63,412 nt of DNA, filler included, from Globobulimina sp. (GCA_003354225.1; 44 parts of 44 records of this genome joined end to end with filler, not necessarily neighbours in it), one strand, 5' to 3'; positions 49,083 to 62,343 are shown, counted from the whole stretch's first letter. Numbers and translations: made by a program. Notes: generated from the letters alone by a model not told the origin.

Positions 49083-50322
49083 TTTATCATATGTTTATGT
49101 GCCGTGTTTTCCTCCGCGAGCTTATTATTTTCAATAATAACTGACTGCAGTTTGCTTTTTATTTCTTCGTTTTCTTGATTTTTGTTTATTTTATCAATCA
49201 CCAATTGCACAATTTTTGCGTTTTTTTGTGAAAGCTCGCTTTTCAATGTTTGGTTTTCAGTCATAAGGCCAACATACTTTTGTTCATTATGTGCGGTGTT
49301 TCCATTTTGTTCATTTATTGCCCCATTTCTGTCAATAATAACTGGCAGTTTATTTTTTATTTCTTCATTTTCTAACTCCATCTCAAGCATTATATTAATA
49401 CTTTTTTGTTTATCTTTTTCCAATTGTTCAATTTCTTGATTTTTCTGAGACATAATATTAATACATTTTATTTTATCACACTCCAATTGCACAATTTTTG
49501 TGTTTTTTTGTGAAAGCTTACTTTTCAATGTTTGGTTTTCAGTCATAACGCCAACATACAATTGTTTCATTTCTGATAATTCTTTTTCCAATGCATATGA
49601 GACTAGCTTTGATTGAGAGTAATCAATTTTAATTGGAGGTTTTTCATTTGTTTCCTCTAAGATTTCTATTTCTGAATCAGATGACAAGACAATAAGTTCC
49701 GTCATTTCGTTGTTTTTAGGAGCTGCTATTTGTGGCCATGGCCATGGAGCTAATTTGTATAAATGCGCCATATATCGAGCTTCTTGAGACAATATAAATG
49801 GAACATTCATGATTTCACTGCCATCGAAATATTCTCGTTTGGATAAATATTTGTTGAATATAACAATGTCATCGGGTGAGTCGACAAAAGCTTCTTTCTG
49901 TGTTGTGGTGCAAGCATCAATTATATCAAATATGTGCATGTTTTATAATTATAATAATAAATGAATAACGAAACTCGATATTTTGTTGGTATGGTATCAG
50001 AAATAGTAACGATTGTATTCTTTAACAGTTGGAAAGGCAGAGTATCATCGTCATCCAATGCTTTTTGTATTGACATTTTATATCCCTCAAACGTATCAAT
50101 TCTTGGCGTAGTAATTTTTCTATTTCTGGTTGTATTGTTAAAATTAACGATAGATTCACGAGACTTTATAGCGATTGCTATTATTTGTAATAAGCAACAT
50201 AAAAAATGTTTATATTCTACGACGTTTGTGTCATGTGCATAGTCATGATCTAGTTTTTGTCTTTTGAAAGGACGCTCGAGCGGAATATGAGAGCCATTGC
50301 GCTTTTTGCTGTTTGTTGCCAT
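49083..50322 (-). CDS. Hypothetical coiled-coil protein, probably spliced near 49940-49975
   Basis: Two adjacent ORFs; NLS-like KRQKL; duplicated YVG.MTENQTLKS.LSQKN.KIVQL. Confidence 0.6.
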
Positions 50323-50525
50323 TCTTTAAATTTTAAAATCAGAAAAACTCCCCAACAATGGCAGAAGACCCCTTACCGCTGAGTATTATAAGTCGGTTTA
50401 TTGCTTTAGCTGATTATTACAATATNNNNNNNNNNNNNNNNNNNNNNNNNNNNNNNNNNNNNNNNNNNNTTAATTAATTAANNNNNNNNNNNNNNNNNNN
50501 NNNNNNNNNNNNNNNNNNNNNNNNN

Positions 50526-50904
50526 TCCAATCCATTTTTAAATTTTCTTTTACTGTGACACGCAAAATATGCGACATACCAACAATCGATGTATGGTTAC
50601 CTTGAATTATTGATTTGAATGAATAATCATTGGCAGTATTTAGAATGTACGTTGATTTAATATCTTTGTTTAGCTGCAATGGAATGTACAACGAGGAACA
50701 AAAAATACAACACAAATCATATATTGTTGACTCAACGTACGCATTATGATAATACTTGTCATCTAACAAAGGAATCAGTTTGCATCGTATATAACCATAA
50801 GGCAATAATACTGGAAACAAATGTTGATTGAATACAGATAATGGCGGATTTTCATAATCACAATCAAAAACGGGTTTAGTTGTCGTTATTTCTGCTTCAT
50901 CCAT
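50526..50904 (-). CDS. Hypothetical protein, 3'-truncated
   Basis: ATG-initiated ORF divergent from 50961. Confidence 0.5.
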
Positions 50905-50960
50905 CTCGCATTTATTTTCGCTGTTTTCTAGCTCTTTTACTTTACTATACTTAATAAACC

Positions 50961-51857
50961 ATGCATTCGCCTAACAGTCGTCGTAGTGTTCGGCCCAAGC
51001 CAGCAGTACTACGGCTTCCTACAAAACGCGCAATCTCTTATTTTCGAGAGAAGCGATTATTAACCCACCTACACGAACAATTAGTTGACCAACTCGATAA
51101 AAATCCAAATGATTGGCAATTACATTTCCAACTAGCAAATTTATTGGCGTTCACAGATGATCCATTTTGTAACAATAAAAACATAGACTTAATTCAGGCA
51201 GAAACGCATTATCAGAAATCGCTAAATTTAATAAAGCAGCTACACGAACAGGACTACATAATGTATCAAAACAATCACAACCTGCAATTTGAGTCCATAA
51301 ACACGCCAAACACACCCAACACCCCCAACACACCAATCTTATTTAGCATTGGCAGCAGGCGCAACAGCGACGAATTAATGAACTGCGGTGCCTGCGTATT
51401 GTACGAAAATCAAGCAGAGGAAAAACGGGCGCAACCAAAAATGTCACTAATTTCGCCACACTTATTCTCAGACAACGAGGACAGTCTCTCCTTAATCCTG
51501 CAAAACAAAGCAAAAAACCGTAGGAAAAAACACAAGCCACACTCCCAAGGCACCAAATCCAAGAAGTTAATCCCGAGCTGCATCACAGTCAAAAAGCGTC
51601 GAAAAAAGCGCAAACAAAATAAAAACAGCGACACCACGACCTACAAACCGTGCAAAATAAAAACAGCGACACCGCCAACCTACAAAATCTCACCACCAAC
51701 CTACAAAATAAAGAAACGGAAATTATTGATCGCAATCCACACAAACGACGATCAACTTTCACGGCAAATAAAATGCACATACTCCTCACCAATGAGTCAG
51801 GAAGAAATTGATACAGAACTGGAGAAAAAACGAAGCAAAAACACAGTTACGTATTAG
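50961..51857 (+). CDS. Hypothetical protein with one TPR-like repeat and a basic tail
   Basis: PNDWQLHFQLANLL..AETHYQKSL. Confidence 0.6.
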   Translation: MHSPNSRRSVRPKPAVLRLPTKRAISYFREKRLLTHLHEQLVDQLDKNPNDWQLHFQLANLLAFTDDPFCNNKNIDLIQAETHYQKSLNLIKQLHEQDYIMYQNNHNLQFESINTPNTPNTPNTPILFSIGSRRNSDELMNCGACVLYENQAEEKRAQPKMSLISPHLFSDNEDSLSLILQNKAKNRRKKHKPHSQGTKSKKLIPSCITVKKRRKKRKQNKNSDTTTYKPCKIKTATPPTYKISPPTYKIKKRKLLIAIHTNDDQLSRQIKCTYSSPMSQEEIDTELEKKRSKNTVTY

Positions 51858-51968
51858 ATTTTGATGATNNNNNNNNNNNNNNNNNNNNNNNNNNNNNNNN
51901 NNNNNNNNNNNNTTAATTAATTAANNNNNNNNNNNNNNNNNNNNNNNNNNNNNNNNNNNNNNNNNNNN

Positions 51969-52309
51969 GCTGCTGAGTCTTTGAAAGTGACCATAAATCT
52001 AAGTATCAATATATAATAGAGAATAAATTTAAATATTGAATATCCTGTTGGTCCCCAATGCGCTGCAAATTCACAGAACCAATGATTACCACTATCATCG
52101 TCAATAAATTCTGTAATAATAAATATTATCACTCCGATGAAAACTTGATTAATTAGTAACAATGATAAGATTGAGAATAATTTCATCTTTTTTTTAAATC
52201 CGTTATGTTTGTATAATGTGAAGGAATGATAAACGAATATAAACAATATAATAAACAAACACATAACACTCCACCAGATATTCAATATGGGAAATGAATC
52301 GTTTGCCAT
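51969..52309 (-). CDS. Multi-pass membrane (7TM-like) protein N-terminus
   Basis: Three TM helices, Cys before TM3, YILILRF. Confidence 0.55.
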
Positions 52310-52509
52310 GTTTTTTAGATTATTACTCTTTACAACTCAGATTATCAGAGTGATCAGACCGGAGAAACATCAATTTGTATACATATAAATTTCACGTTTT
52401 ATTTGCATGGAATGAAACAGTCCATGCAAAGGCAACTAGATAATAATTAAATTTTATTACTGAAAAAAACACGAAAAACACAACCAACAATATATTTGTG
52501 ACAAATATA

Positions 52510-53085
52510 TTATGCAGTTCCACTTCCAACATCATCCTCATCCAATATCAACGTCTCAGTTTGAACCACAGCTTGTTTTTTATTCATTTTGCGGTCATAT
52601 TCTTGTTTAATATCAGTAACCGCGCCTTGTAACCGCTGATAAACTTTATTTAATTTTTCAATTTCTACCGATAATTCATCCACTTCATTGTTTAACAATT
52701 CTTTTGCGGATTTTTCCTGTTTGTTATAATCCTCAAACACTGAATATCCGACATAAAGCCATGAAAAACAGCCCGACACCAACGCCCAAACAATGGATTG
52801 GTATTTATGATAAGATATGATCATTGCCAATGAGGTGCCGGCGAAGCTAAATGGATGTTTATAATATTTGTATACTACATGAGGTTGACCCCACCATTGG
52901 CCATGTCTGCGGAAATGATTATGATTCCATCCCTCGTGATCATGCCATGCACGTCGATGTTTCCAGCCAGGTCTCCATTTATTAAATGATCGCTGCGAAT
53001 GTATATGTATATGCGTTTGGATTCTGTTAATTCTGCTAACTCCACCAAGACGACGTGATAATATTTGTAGCGCTTTTGATGACAT
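52510..53085 (-). CDS. Probable mitochondrial membrane protein with a His/Trp-rich segment, TM hairpin and coiled coil
   Basis: Arg-rich presequence; GTSLAMIISY..SIVWALVSGCFSWLYVGY. Confidence 0.7.
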   Translation of the reverse strand: MSSKALQILSRRLGGVSRINRIQTHIHIHSQRSFNKWRPGWKHRRAWHDHEGWNHNHFRRHGQWWGQPHVVYKYYKHPFSFAGTSLAMIISYHKYQSIVWALVSGCFSWLYVGYSVFEDYNKQEKSAKELLNNEVDELSVEIEKLNKVYQRLQGAVTDIKQEYDRKMNKKQAVVQTETLILDEDDVGSGTA

Positions 53086-53121
53086 TTTGGGTGAATTAAT
53101 TTCTGGAAATTTCTAAAAAGA

Positions 53122-53311
53122 ATGGGCGAGGAGAAATGTGTGAAGTTTTTTAAAAAACGAGGAGAAAACCATAAAACTAAAAACTCTGAACGTTTTTTAC
53201 GATGCAATAACAAAAATAACATACGAAGCTTCAATACGAATAATATAAGAACGATTGGTATCGTTGGTGCGGGTCAAATGGAAATAGGCATAGCTATCAC
53301 AGGTGCATTAT
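53122..53311 (+). CDS. 3-hydroxyacyl/butyryl-CoA dehydrogenase N-terminal fragment (GxGxxG altered to GAGQME); start uncertain
   Basis: IRTIGIVGAGQMEIGIA. Confidence 0.55.
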
Positions 53312-53925
53312 NNNNNNNNNNNNNNNNNNNNNNNNNNNNNNNNNNNNNNNNNNNNTTAATTAATTAANNNNNNNNNNNNNNNNNNNNNNNNNNNNNNNNN
53401 NNNNNNNNNNNAAATCTGCAAAAACGGCCACATATAAAAGAAAGTCGCGATCTGAAATCAGTGATGATGAATATCGAAATGAAAGAGCCAAAGCAATAAA
53501 AAATAGAAATCAAATGTTAAAAATACCATTCTTGATGTCCGGCGTAAAATAAATGATATAATCGATTGACTGAGCGAGACAATAAATGATGGGACGATAA
53601 TATTCGGTGCGTTAGCAACATGTTGGTTATTTTGGGGAATATTTTTTGTAATCCTGATAGTATCTGATGTGTAATTGTATGCAGCAGTTTTTGCTAACGA
53701 AGGCATGAATGTATACGCGTTGGCTATCAATAGAGGCGCCACCATTTCTAATGTATTCTAATGTCATCATCACAAGTTTTATATTTATTGACCTGGAAAA
53801 CGTTTATACATTAAGAAGGTCAGAGGTTGCTACGGACCCAGGTGTTGCTATGGAAAAGTTGGATTACTTCAAAAACGCTTAAATTGTGATGAGTATACAA
53901 AAAACAAAGCCGCAAAAACTACACA

Positions 53926-54654
53926 TTAAAGTGTACTGCAAACAAAAACACATAGTTTAGCAGCAATAATTTTAACAGCGTTTTTAATCATAAAAGGATA
54001 TTTGCTGACATAATTTAATGAGTATAAATACTGTGATTGATTTATCGATGTGTCAACAAAAAATGATTTACGAGTGGTTCCAATTAAATATAATTTCTTC
54101 TCGAATGAATGGAAACTTACTGTCGCCGCATTGCCTGCAAATACCATTTCAATAAACGGCAATAAACCAACAGTCAGCCAACACACAGAAGTCAGGGCAT
54201 TCCCCCACGTTTCAGCCGCCATAATATAAGAGATATCCGTCCAAATAAATGCCACCAATGCACATAATCTAAGAATTAAAATTTTCTCCAATAATTTGAT
54301 TTCTTTTTTGAATTTCTTTCGATATGCGGTATATTCCTTGGCTACTTGTTCAAAATCAATATTTATCGATTTTTCAATGATTTCGCTCAACGATAAGATG
54401 AATACACATCCTTTGCAATAATGTATAGATAACACAAACTGCGCAATAAATAACGGAATATCGTATACAAATATGCACAAAAACATAGTACAAATTTTGA
54501 TGCCTGACATTATTGAATCTTTTTCATCCGACATTAACAACTGAATCAAAGAGTTTGTGGCAAGAATTAATATCAACAAAATGGCCAAAAACAACAACAA
54601 TTTCATTCGAAAATTAAATTGTTTGGTTACTTTATGATGTCGTGACAATTGCAA
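53926..54654 (-). CDS. Multi-pass membrane protein
   Basis: Several hydrophobic helices separated by a charged loop. Confidence 0.6.
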   Translation of the reverse strand: MQLSRHHKVTKQFNFRMKLLLFLAILLILILATNSLIQLLMSDEKDSIMSGIKICTMFLCIFVYDIPLFIAQFVLSIHYCKGCVFILSLSEIIEKSINIDFEQVAKEYTAYRKKFKKEIKLLEKILILRLCALVAFIWTDISYIMAAETWGNALTSVCWLTVGLLPFIEMVFAGNAATVSFHSFEKKLYLIGTTRKSFFVDTSINQSQYLYSLNYVSKYPFMIKNAVKIIAAKLCVFVCSTL

Positions 54655-56699
54655 ACCAGAAACACCAGATCCAGCCTGCGTACCATGTTCGATATCATCA
54701 TCAGTCGCTCCATAATATCTGAAATAATAAAAAAAATAATAGACTGATAATAATNNNNNNNNNNNNNNNNNNNNNNNNNNNNNNNNNNNNNNNNNNNNTT
54801 AATTAATTAANNNNNNNNNNNNNNNNNNNNNNNNNNNNNNNNNNNNNNNNNNNNGTTACAACAATTACCAGACATTTGCACAAAATTAGCAGATAATTTG
54901 GATGTGTATGAATCTAATGCAGATAGATTGAGAATGAGAATCATTAAACTCAGACTTGATATGGCATTGTGGCTGAACTTGTAATTGGCAGAGCTACGTT
55001 GTTGTGACATTAAAATTGAATTAATTATTATATTGATCCCAATATATAAACTTGTTATTATACTATTTATTATACATTAGAGTTATTATACAATTTTAAA
55101 AGCTCTTGTTTCCACTGTTTAACAACACCAAAATTGATATTTCGTATACAAATTACAAAAGTGTTTCCACAAATGTATGCAAAAGTGTTTCCAATCAAGT
55201 GCGGGTTTTGTAACTTTTTTTGCATAGTTCCTTAATCATGGCTTGCATTTTAAGGGCAGATATAGCAAATTCAATCAATCGAGGACTATTAATACCAATT
55301 GATACTTTACACAAACCAAATCACCAAATAGTATCTCAACCAGTACTCCCGCAAATTAGTAATGATAAATCATCTCCAAACCAATCAGGTCATAATCAAA
55401 TGGATGTGGATTCTCAGCAAATGATAGATTTAAACACTCAAAGTAATAATGAAAGAAACAGAAATGCACAAATTTTAGATTCAAGCAATTCAGATGAATT
55501 ATTTTCAAATAATAACAAAAATAATAACATGTACAGTAATTGTTCATCAACGCAGTACGAATCAACAAATAAAGAATTCAATGAATTTGACAGTAATCCT
55601 CAACACTTAGTAGACATTGAACATACTCTGACAAAACCAGGTTAAATCCATTTTGTTCCTATTTTATTCCTGAAACCATGTCAACGCCAATTTGTATTAT
55701 AACTACATTAAGAAAATGAATTGGAATTATTGCCATTTCCAAAAAGAAAAAATAAATCAATTTTGTGTCCAGATTTAAACCGAAATGATTCAGGTGTTTT
55801 ATATTTATATTTTAATATTTATAATTCCGATATCATTAAAAAAATAAAAATAATTTAAAGAAATAACCATTCCTGAAACAGCATTCTCATTTCACTCATT
55901 CCCATCCACTATAAAACCACTAAAACCATTTAATTATAATAACAATAATAAAGAAATTGCAATTGAAAGAAGAGAATCCTCCGTTCTTTTTATTAATAAA
56001 ATAGCCACATATTCACAAAGAAGAGAGTCATCAGTTTCTATCCCAAATTTTGCAAAATATCAATCCCAAAATACAAATACAAACACAACAATGGATTTAA
56101 ATGCAAATATATCACCTCAAATATCGCCGATACCGCCTCCAATATAGCCAATACCGCCGGTACCTATTCACGATGACAAATCATCAGACGATTCAGANNN
56201 NNNNNNNNNNNNNNNNNNNNNNNNNNNNNNNNNNNNNNNNNTTAATTAATTAANNNNNNNNNNNNNNNNNNNNNNNNNNNNNNNNNNNNNNNNNNNNTTG
56301 TTCCAAAACATGGCTTTTCTTTCCCAATATTTAGTATCACCTCGAAAGAGCCAAATCAAACAACAAAAACTTGGCTGTTAGCTGCAGATATAGGTAGTAC
56401 ACAGTTGTGAAGTTTTGGCGCTGGTCAACACTTCATTTTTTTTAAACTTTTTGAAATCTTTTGAAATCTTTTGAAAGCTTCGACGTTAAACCAATCTTTC
56501 TCAAACAAACGTTAGAAATCAGTTGTCCCATCACCTAGGAACTGAATCCACCGAATCTCGCGGGACTTGACAAGAAATATCATGAATTATGCATTTGGGA
56601 GTATGTATACAGTGTCAGACAATATATTACGTTTCTATTTATTTTCAAATAATGATACACGAATACAGAGAAAAAAAGCAACAATAATCACAGTAATAG

Positions 56700-57400
56700 T
56701 GGAATATCATTGCAAAACATTATTATGAAAGGACCTACAAATATCCACAAAATAATTTATCAGAAATAGCAGATTTTGTTAATGAAAAAGAAGAAAAACT
56801 AGCAATAATTATAGGTGGTGGTGTTGAAGGTATATGCAATGCATTTGAATTACATAAAAAATGATATAAAACAGTAATAATTGAGGTAAAATAATGGTGT
56901 GCCATGAAAATTCCATTTTATTTAACAATAACAACAATAATGGAAACAATAATTTTCATTTTTATTTCACCGAAATTAGTTATTTAATAAATATAAATCA
57001 TTAGATATATTCAATAAGAAAAAACACTGTAAATATTTTCAAAATTTATTGACTAAAAATGATACCAATAACAATGGAATATATGCGATAAAAGATGGTG
57101 TTCAAAAACATGCAATTTATGATGCAAATATACTATGTCTAAAACAGATTGGTAATGGTAAGGACATTGTAGATTATTATTAAATTATATTTATTTGGAG
57201 GACTCTAGCTCCACAATTTTGTATGGCATTTAATAAAACAATATATTTAATACGAAATGAGACTTTGTCGCAAATAGAAAAGTTTTAGATTGTCGGAGGT
57301 CGTATTTAAATTGAATCAAAAATATTGTCAGATGTATACAAATGGAAAGAGTAAAAATCTTCAAAACTTTAAGAAATAATTAAGTTTCTTGTCAAGAACC
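56700..57400 (+). pseudogene. Decayed FAD-dependent oxidoreductase (DAO/DadA-like)
   Basis: KLAIIIGGGVEGICNAFELHKK*YKTVIIE, with stops and frameshifts downstream. Confidence 0.55.
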
Positions 57401-57585
57401 GCGAAAATATGATTAAAGTGTTTCAATACTCATTGGTAATCGAACCATAACATAATATTTGATATTTCCATTTTTTGTCGTAAAAAGTACTAAAAACGCA
57501 TTGCTAGTATGTTCAAAATACTTCAAAGTAGATGGTCAAATTATGCTGTTTTTCACAACTGTGAAAGGCACACATTATAGGTACC

Positions 57586-57611
57586 TAGGTTTGCCTTCGT
57601 TTCTCAGAAAC
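57586..57611 (+). repeat. Second copy of the 26-bp sequence at 43370-43395
   Basis: Exact match. Confidence 0.8.
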
Positions 57612-57740
57612 GACATATAACCAAATCAAAGTTAATAACTNNNNNNNNNNNNNNNNNNNNNNNNNNNNNNNNNNNNNNNNNNNNTTAATTAATTAANNNN
57701 NNNNNNNNNNNNNNNNNNNNNNNNNNNNNNNNNNNNNNNN

Positions 57741-58993
57741 AAATGGCAATCAAAGATGTTTTGAGTGAATATTTTTTCTAAATACATGAGTGCCAATCCA
57801 TAACAATTTGCATTATCATACACTACATTCAATTGCATATTACATGCACCAGAAAATAACCACAAGTCACTTTTTTGTGCCTTTTTCATTTTGATCAAAG
57901 TACGTAATGAGATCGCTTTGGAATGATCAATTTCGCCGCAATATTTTGCTGAGATTTGTAATATCATTCCTTTCGATTCAGCATCAATATGGTCACTGTT
58001 GCCAGATGTTATGAGTGAATGATGTATCATAGGAGCAAAGGAGTCGAATTTCACGCTGATTGGTAGAGAATGATACAAAGGTTTGGCAATTTGATTGGTA
58101 TTGACACCGTGAAACTGCACAGCTTCATACAAATATCGTCCAAACCAATAGAAATTGTTGCACATAACTTGTAAATCGGAGTGATACGATTTAGAAAACT
58201 CCGTTGCATATTCAGTATAAAAACAGAACAGCCGAATAGCGATGAAATGGTGGATTCCTATTTTTTCATACTGCTCTATGCCATAATTTATATTCGTTTC
58301 CGTGCTTTGCACAGTTAACTGAGTGTACGCAGCATACGTTTTATGTAAACATTTCTTCCATTGTTCTAGCGACAAACTATAGATTTCATTTAATAAAATC
58401 TCTTGCGCGAAAGAGCAATATTTTGGTTGGATAACTGTGTAACGAATGGATGGCGCAATAATATATTTTTCAAACGATTCACTTTTAAATTCGTCTGGAA
58501 ACACTGTGCTTTGTGGCCGTGGTTTTTGTTGAATGGCGCGTATCATATCAAATTTTTGCTGGTTTGGGTTCTGTGCAATTCGCGATAGTTGCAAAGCATT
58601 ACATAATCGGCAATAATTTAAAGAAATGCTGTACTCATAAATGCGATTCAACATAATTGTTTTGTTGATACTCGCACAAATATTATCTGCACAAACAAAA
58701 TTATAAAATTCGTACTGTAGCCAGGTAATAATATACTTTGTAAACGTTTGGAAATATGTTTGATTTTGCAGTTCATCGCACAAAATCCCACATAAATTAT
58801 TTGCTATCGTTGATATGTTATTTGTTATATTTGTTAACGCATTTAATTGGCTGTCATCATGATTTAAATCACATCTTATTAAACCAATAATAAAATAATA
58901 AGCAAATAATTGGAATGGATGGAGATTAATATCACAGAAACAATCTAATTTAAACTTTGTGAAGCATCTAAAATATTGACATTTCAATGTCAA
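57741..58993 (-). CDS. Hypothetical protein with a degenerate ADP-ribosyltransferase-like domain
   Basis: NFYWFGRYLYEAVQFHG..PLYHSL..LITS..GMILQI has ART-like order, but the catalytic residues look lost. Confidence 0.45.
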
Positions 58994-59183
58994 TATCCAT
59001 CCAATAAAACTCTTTAAAACAGAATTATAATTTTCTTTAGTTAATATTGTTGAATAATTGTCGTATTTTAATTGAATGGCTGTNNNNNNNNNNNNNNNNN
59101 NNNNNNNNNNNNNNNNNNNNNNNNNNNTTAATTAATTAANNNNNNNNNNNNNNNNNNNNNNNNNNNNNNNNNNNNNNNNNNNN

Positions 59184-59447
59184 ATGTTTCCAAACAGGTA
59201 TATTAAATTTTGAATAATCAAACGGATACACAAAATTTAATTTTTCATAAATAGAAATGGTAATATTAGAATTGTTGTATCTGTTAAATCCTTTAGGCAT
59301 ACCTAATAATATTTTTCCGGACCATCCACTATATCCTGATTTATGATTTTCACATGAAAAATTGTCAGAATACATTTTTTTATAACATGAAAAATCACTA
59401 TCACCAACACAACCACAACATAAATATTTTTTTACAATAGATTCCAT
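59184..59447 (-). CDS. Phage-like hypothetical protein, 3'-truncated
   Basis: Starts 2 nt after the upstream stop; intronless and very AT-rich. Confidence 0.65.
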
Positions 59448-59449
59448 TT

Positions 59450-59812
59450 TTATACCTCAATCATCATTTGTTTAATTGTTTTAAAATCATCTTGAGAACA
59501 ATTTATTCTATGAGTGTTATTGCAACTTCCAGTCAACCTAACAATATAATCAAAATCTTTACAAATATTATAAAATTTATTCCATCCATCTTTTATTTCA
59601 GATATTTCGTTTTGTGAAAAAGTTGTCCATATTCTTTTGACAACAGCAACAACTTTTTCTTTTGCTGCTAATATAGATGAGTATGCTTCTTTTAAACAAA
59701 TTGAAAGAGAAATTTCATTAAATTTACATCTCAACTTTATTGAATATTCTTTTTTCAATTTCATTGCTATTCTCATTGCGTTTCTTGTTTCTTCAACTGT
59801 AAATTTTTTCAT
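59450..59812 (-). CDS. Phage-like hypothetical protein
   Basis: AAGGAG Shine-Dalgarno-like site upstream; tightly packed with its neighbours. Confidence 0.7.
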   Translation of the reverse strand: MKKFTVEETRNAMRIAMKLKKEYSIKLRCKFNEISLSICLKEAYSSILAAKEKVVAVVKRIWTTFSQNEISEIKDGWNKFYNICKDFDYIVRLTGSCNNTHRINCSQDDFKTIKQMMIEV

Positions 59813-59814
59813 GT

Positions 59815-60526
59815 TTAAATCTCCTTTAATAAATTTTCAACATATTCAATATGTGATTTTTCCTGGGGTCTCCCACCAACATTCATTTTCAAAAAATATT
59901 TATAAATTGTTTTCTTATCAGTTTCAGAAATTTGACACACATTAACAGATTTATTTTCAAATTTGTTTTTGTCAGACGGATGAAGTTCGTACCAGTATTT
60001 TCCTTCATATTGAAATTTGTTTGTGACAAAATCTACAATAGTTGTCAATCTTTGTTTTCCATCAACAATTTCATATGTATTATCACCAGAATATCCAAGA
60101 TGATTAAAACAAAATTTACCAATATCATAATTGTTAAATATAGAATCTAATAATTTAATTTTATCTTCAAGATCCCAAACATTTCCTCTTTGATAATCAG
60201 GATTAAAATCTGTACCAAAATAAAAAACATTTGTTAATAAAGAGGATAATTGCATTTGTGAATAATTTAATCTTAAATCGTCTTTTTTAAATAAAGGTTC
60301 AGAATTTAAAGATTCGATCTTATCTATACTATACCAATGTGTTATTTTTTGATATCTTCCTTCAATTTTTTTTCCGTATCGTTCTCCATTATCATGTTCT
60401 GTGATATACAATTTCCCATCATATATTTTTTTAATAACAACACAATTTTTTAAATTACCAATCAGAACTTCTTCGTTATCTTCAAAAAATAATGTTGGTT
60501 CTGGACAATTAATCAAATCACCCTTT
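59815..60526 (-). CDS. DUF262 (ParB/Srx-fold, GmrS-like) domain protein, phage-like, 5'-truncated
   Basis: NPDYQRGNVW, LLDSI, EIVDGKQRLTTI, YFLKMNVGG. Confidence 0.88.
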
Positions 60527-61040
60527 NNNNNNNNNNNNNNNNNNNNNNNNNNNNNNNNNNNNNNNNNNNNTTAATTAATTAANNNNNNNNNNNNNNNNNN
60601 NNNNNNNNNNNNNNNNNNNNNNNNNNAACAGTAAACAAACCGAAATAAAAAAGTGTAAAAATGAATCTGCTGCAGTTTAAATAGACATAGCAAATGCAGG
60701 CTGTTTGATAAGTTTGCTGAAAAAAATGGAAAAACTTTTTGAACAGAAGAAAATTTGCAGCATTATCGGAGAGGCCTATTCAAACAAAATCAACACAAAT
60801 TTGTGAGATGAAAAGGGAGAGACAAGAACAAACTAAGAACAAACATACAAAACCAATTACAATTTAACTTGGAGCTGTGATCTGGATGCAATTATTCCGA
60901 ATAAAGCAGATGCTCTAAACACAATATCTCTACACTTTGGATCTACTTTTAGCTCAATCAAACTCCATTTCAGCCAGCGATAATCCAGCAGGAACAAAAA
61001 TATAAACAGAAAAAAATACACAACTGAAAGAGATTTGATT

Positions 61041-61105
61041 CGATGCGAAATTATTGGCGATGCGAAATTATACACAACTCATTAATGCGATGCGAAATTA
61101 TTGGC
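61041..61105 (+). repeat. Three copies of CGATGCGAAATTAT
   Basis: Direct inspection (61041, 61058, 61088). Confidence 0.75.
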
Positions 61106-62343
61106 ATTAATTGTCTACAATCAAAAATTTAGAATAAATTCGCACAGTTAAGTTATTTTAGAAAAAAAAATCCAAAAACAAAAATAATATATATACAGAT
61201 ATAATACTTTACTGTGCTTTGCCGGTATTTGGAAAATAAGTATTATGGACTCGTTTCGCTGCTAGCTAGTACATATGATCATCAAATAATATTTGTAGCG
61301 TATTGGATTCTGTATCGAATGATACTATTGCCAATCATTTTCATCAACTGTTTCCAATCGAAAATACCAGGTAAAGATAAACGTTTTTATCATAGTCTAT
61401 CATAGCTTTCTTATAGTATTCATCATATAATTTTTTTAACATGTCCAAAACTATTTTTTGATGGTATAGCTGCATTTAATGGTATTAAAAAATTGAATCT
61501 GATGGAATATTTGCAAAAATGTATCGAATATGTTCAAAACAGAAATACGATATTATCCTTACAATTTTTGGTTACAGTAGTGTTCCATATGATTAAATAA
61601 TATATATGATTACAGCTAATATATTTGATAAATGGTGGACCTGTCAAGGGATAATATATTTTTTATATATTATTTTTTTTAATATATTATCATATATAGA
61701 TAATTATATAACTCGGGCATAATTTTAAAGGGAAAAATGAACAAGCAAATATGCGTATCATATATAGATCATATATCGCTCATATATCGAAAAATGTACC
61801 GAAAGACAGCAATATACACATACAAATATGCATAATAATATGTACAATATCAACAGCAACAGCAACAAATGAGATATAATAATAATAATACCACAAAAGA
61901 CAAAGCATATTATCAACAGCAACAGCACAATAAGCGCAACAATATGCCCAACAATAAAAAAATGCGTTANNNNNNNNNNNNNNNNNNNNNNNNNNNNNNN
62001 NNNNNNNNNNNNNTTAATTAATTAANNNNNNNNNNNNNNNNNNNNNNNNNNNNNNNNNNNNNNNNNNNNCCTCAACATCAACGGTCTTAACCTCAGCCAT
62101 GCACAAAAACCAAATATTCTCTGTAAATATAAAAAACACAAACTTCACAAAAAACCCACTTACCAAAAATAATCAGTATCCGCCACAAAACTATTACCTC
62201 AATATACAGAACATTTATCCTTGCACCGCAGATTCGCAAAAAAATTTACAAATATACATAAGTAATAAGGCAAAATCAGCAAAAATCACAACAAAAAGCA
62301 AAAAGATAAAATTTAAACAAAGACATCCACTCATCCTAACCAA

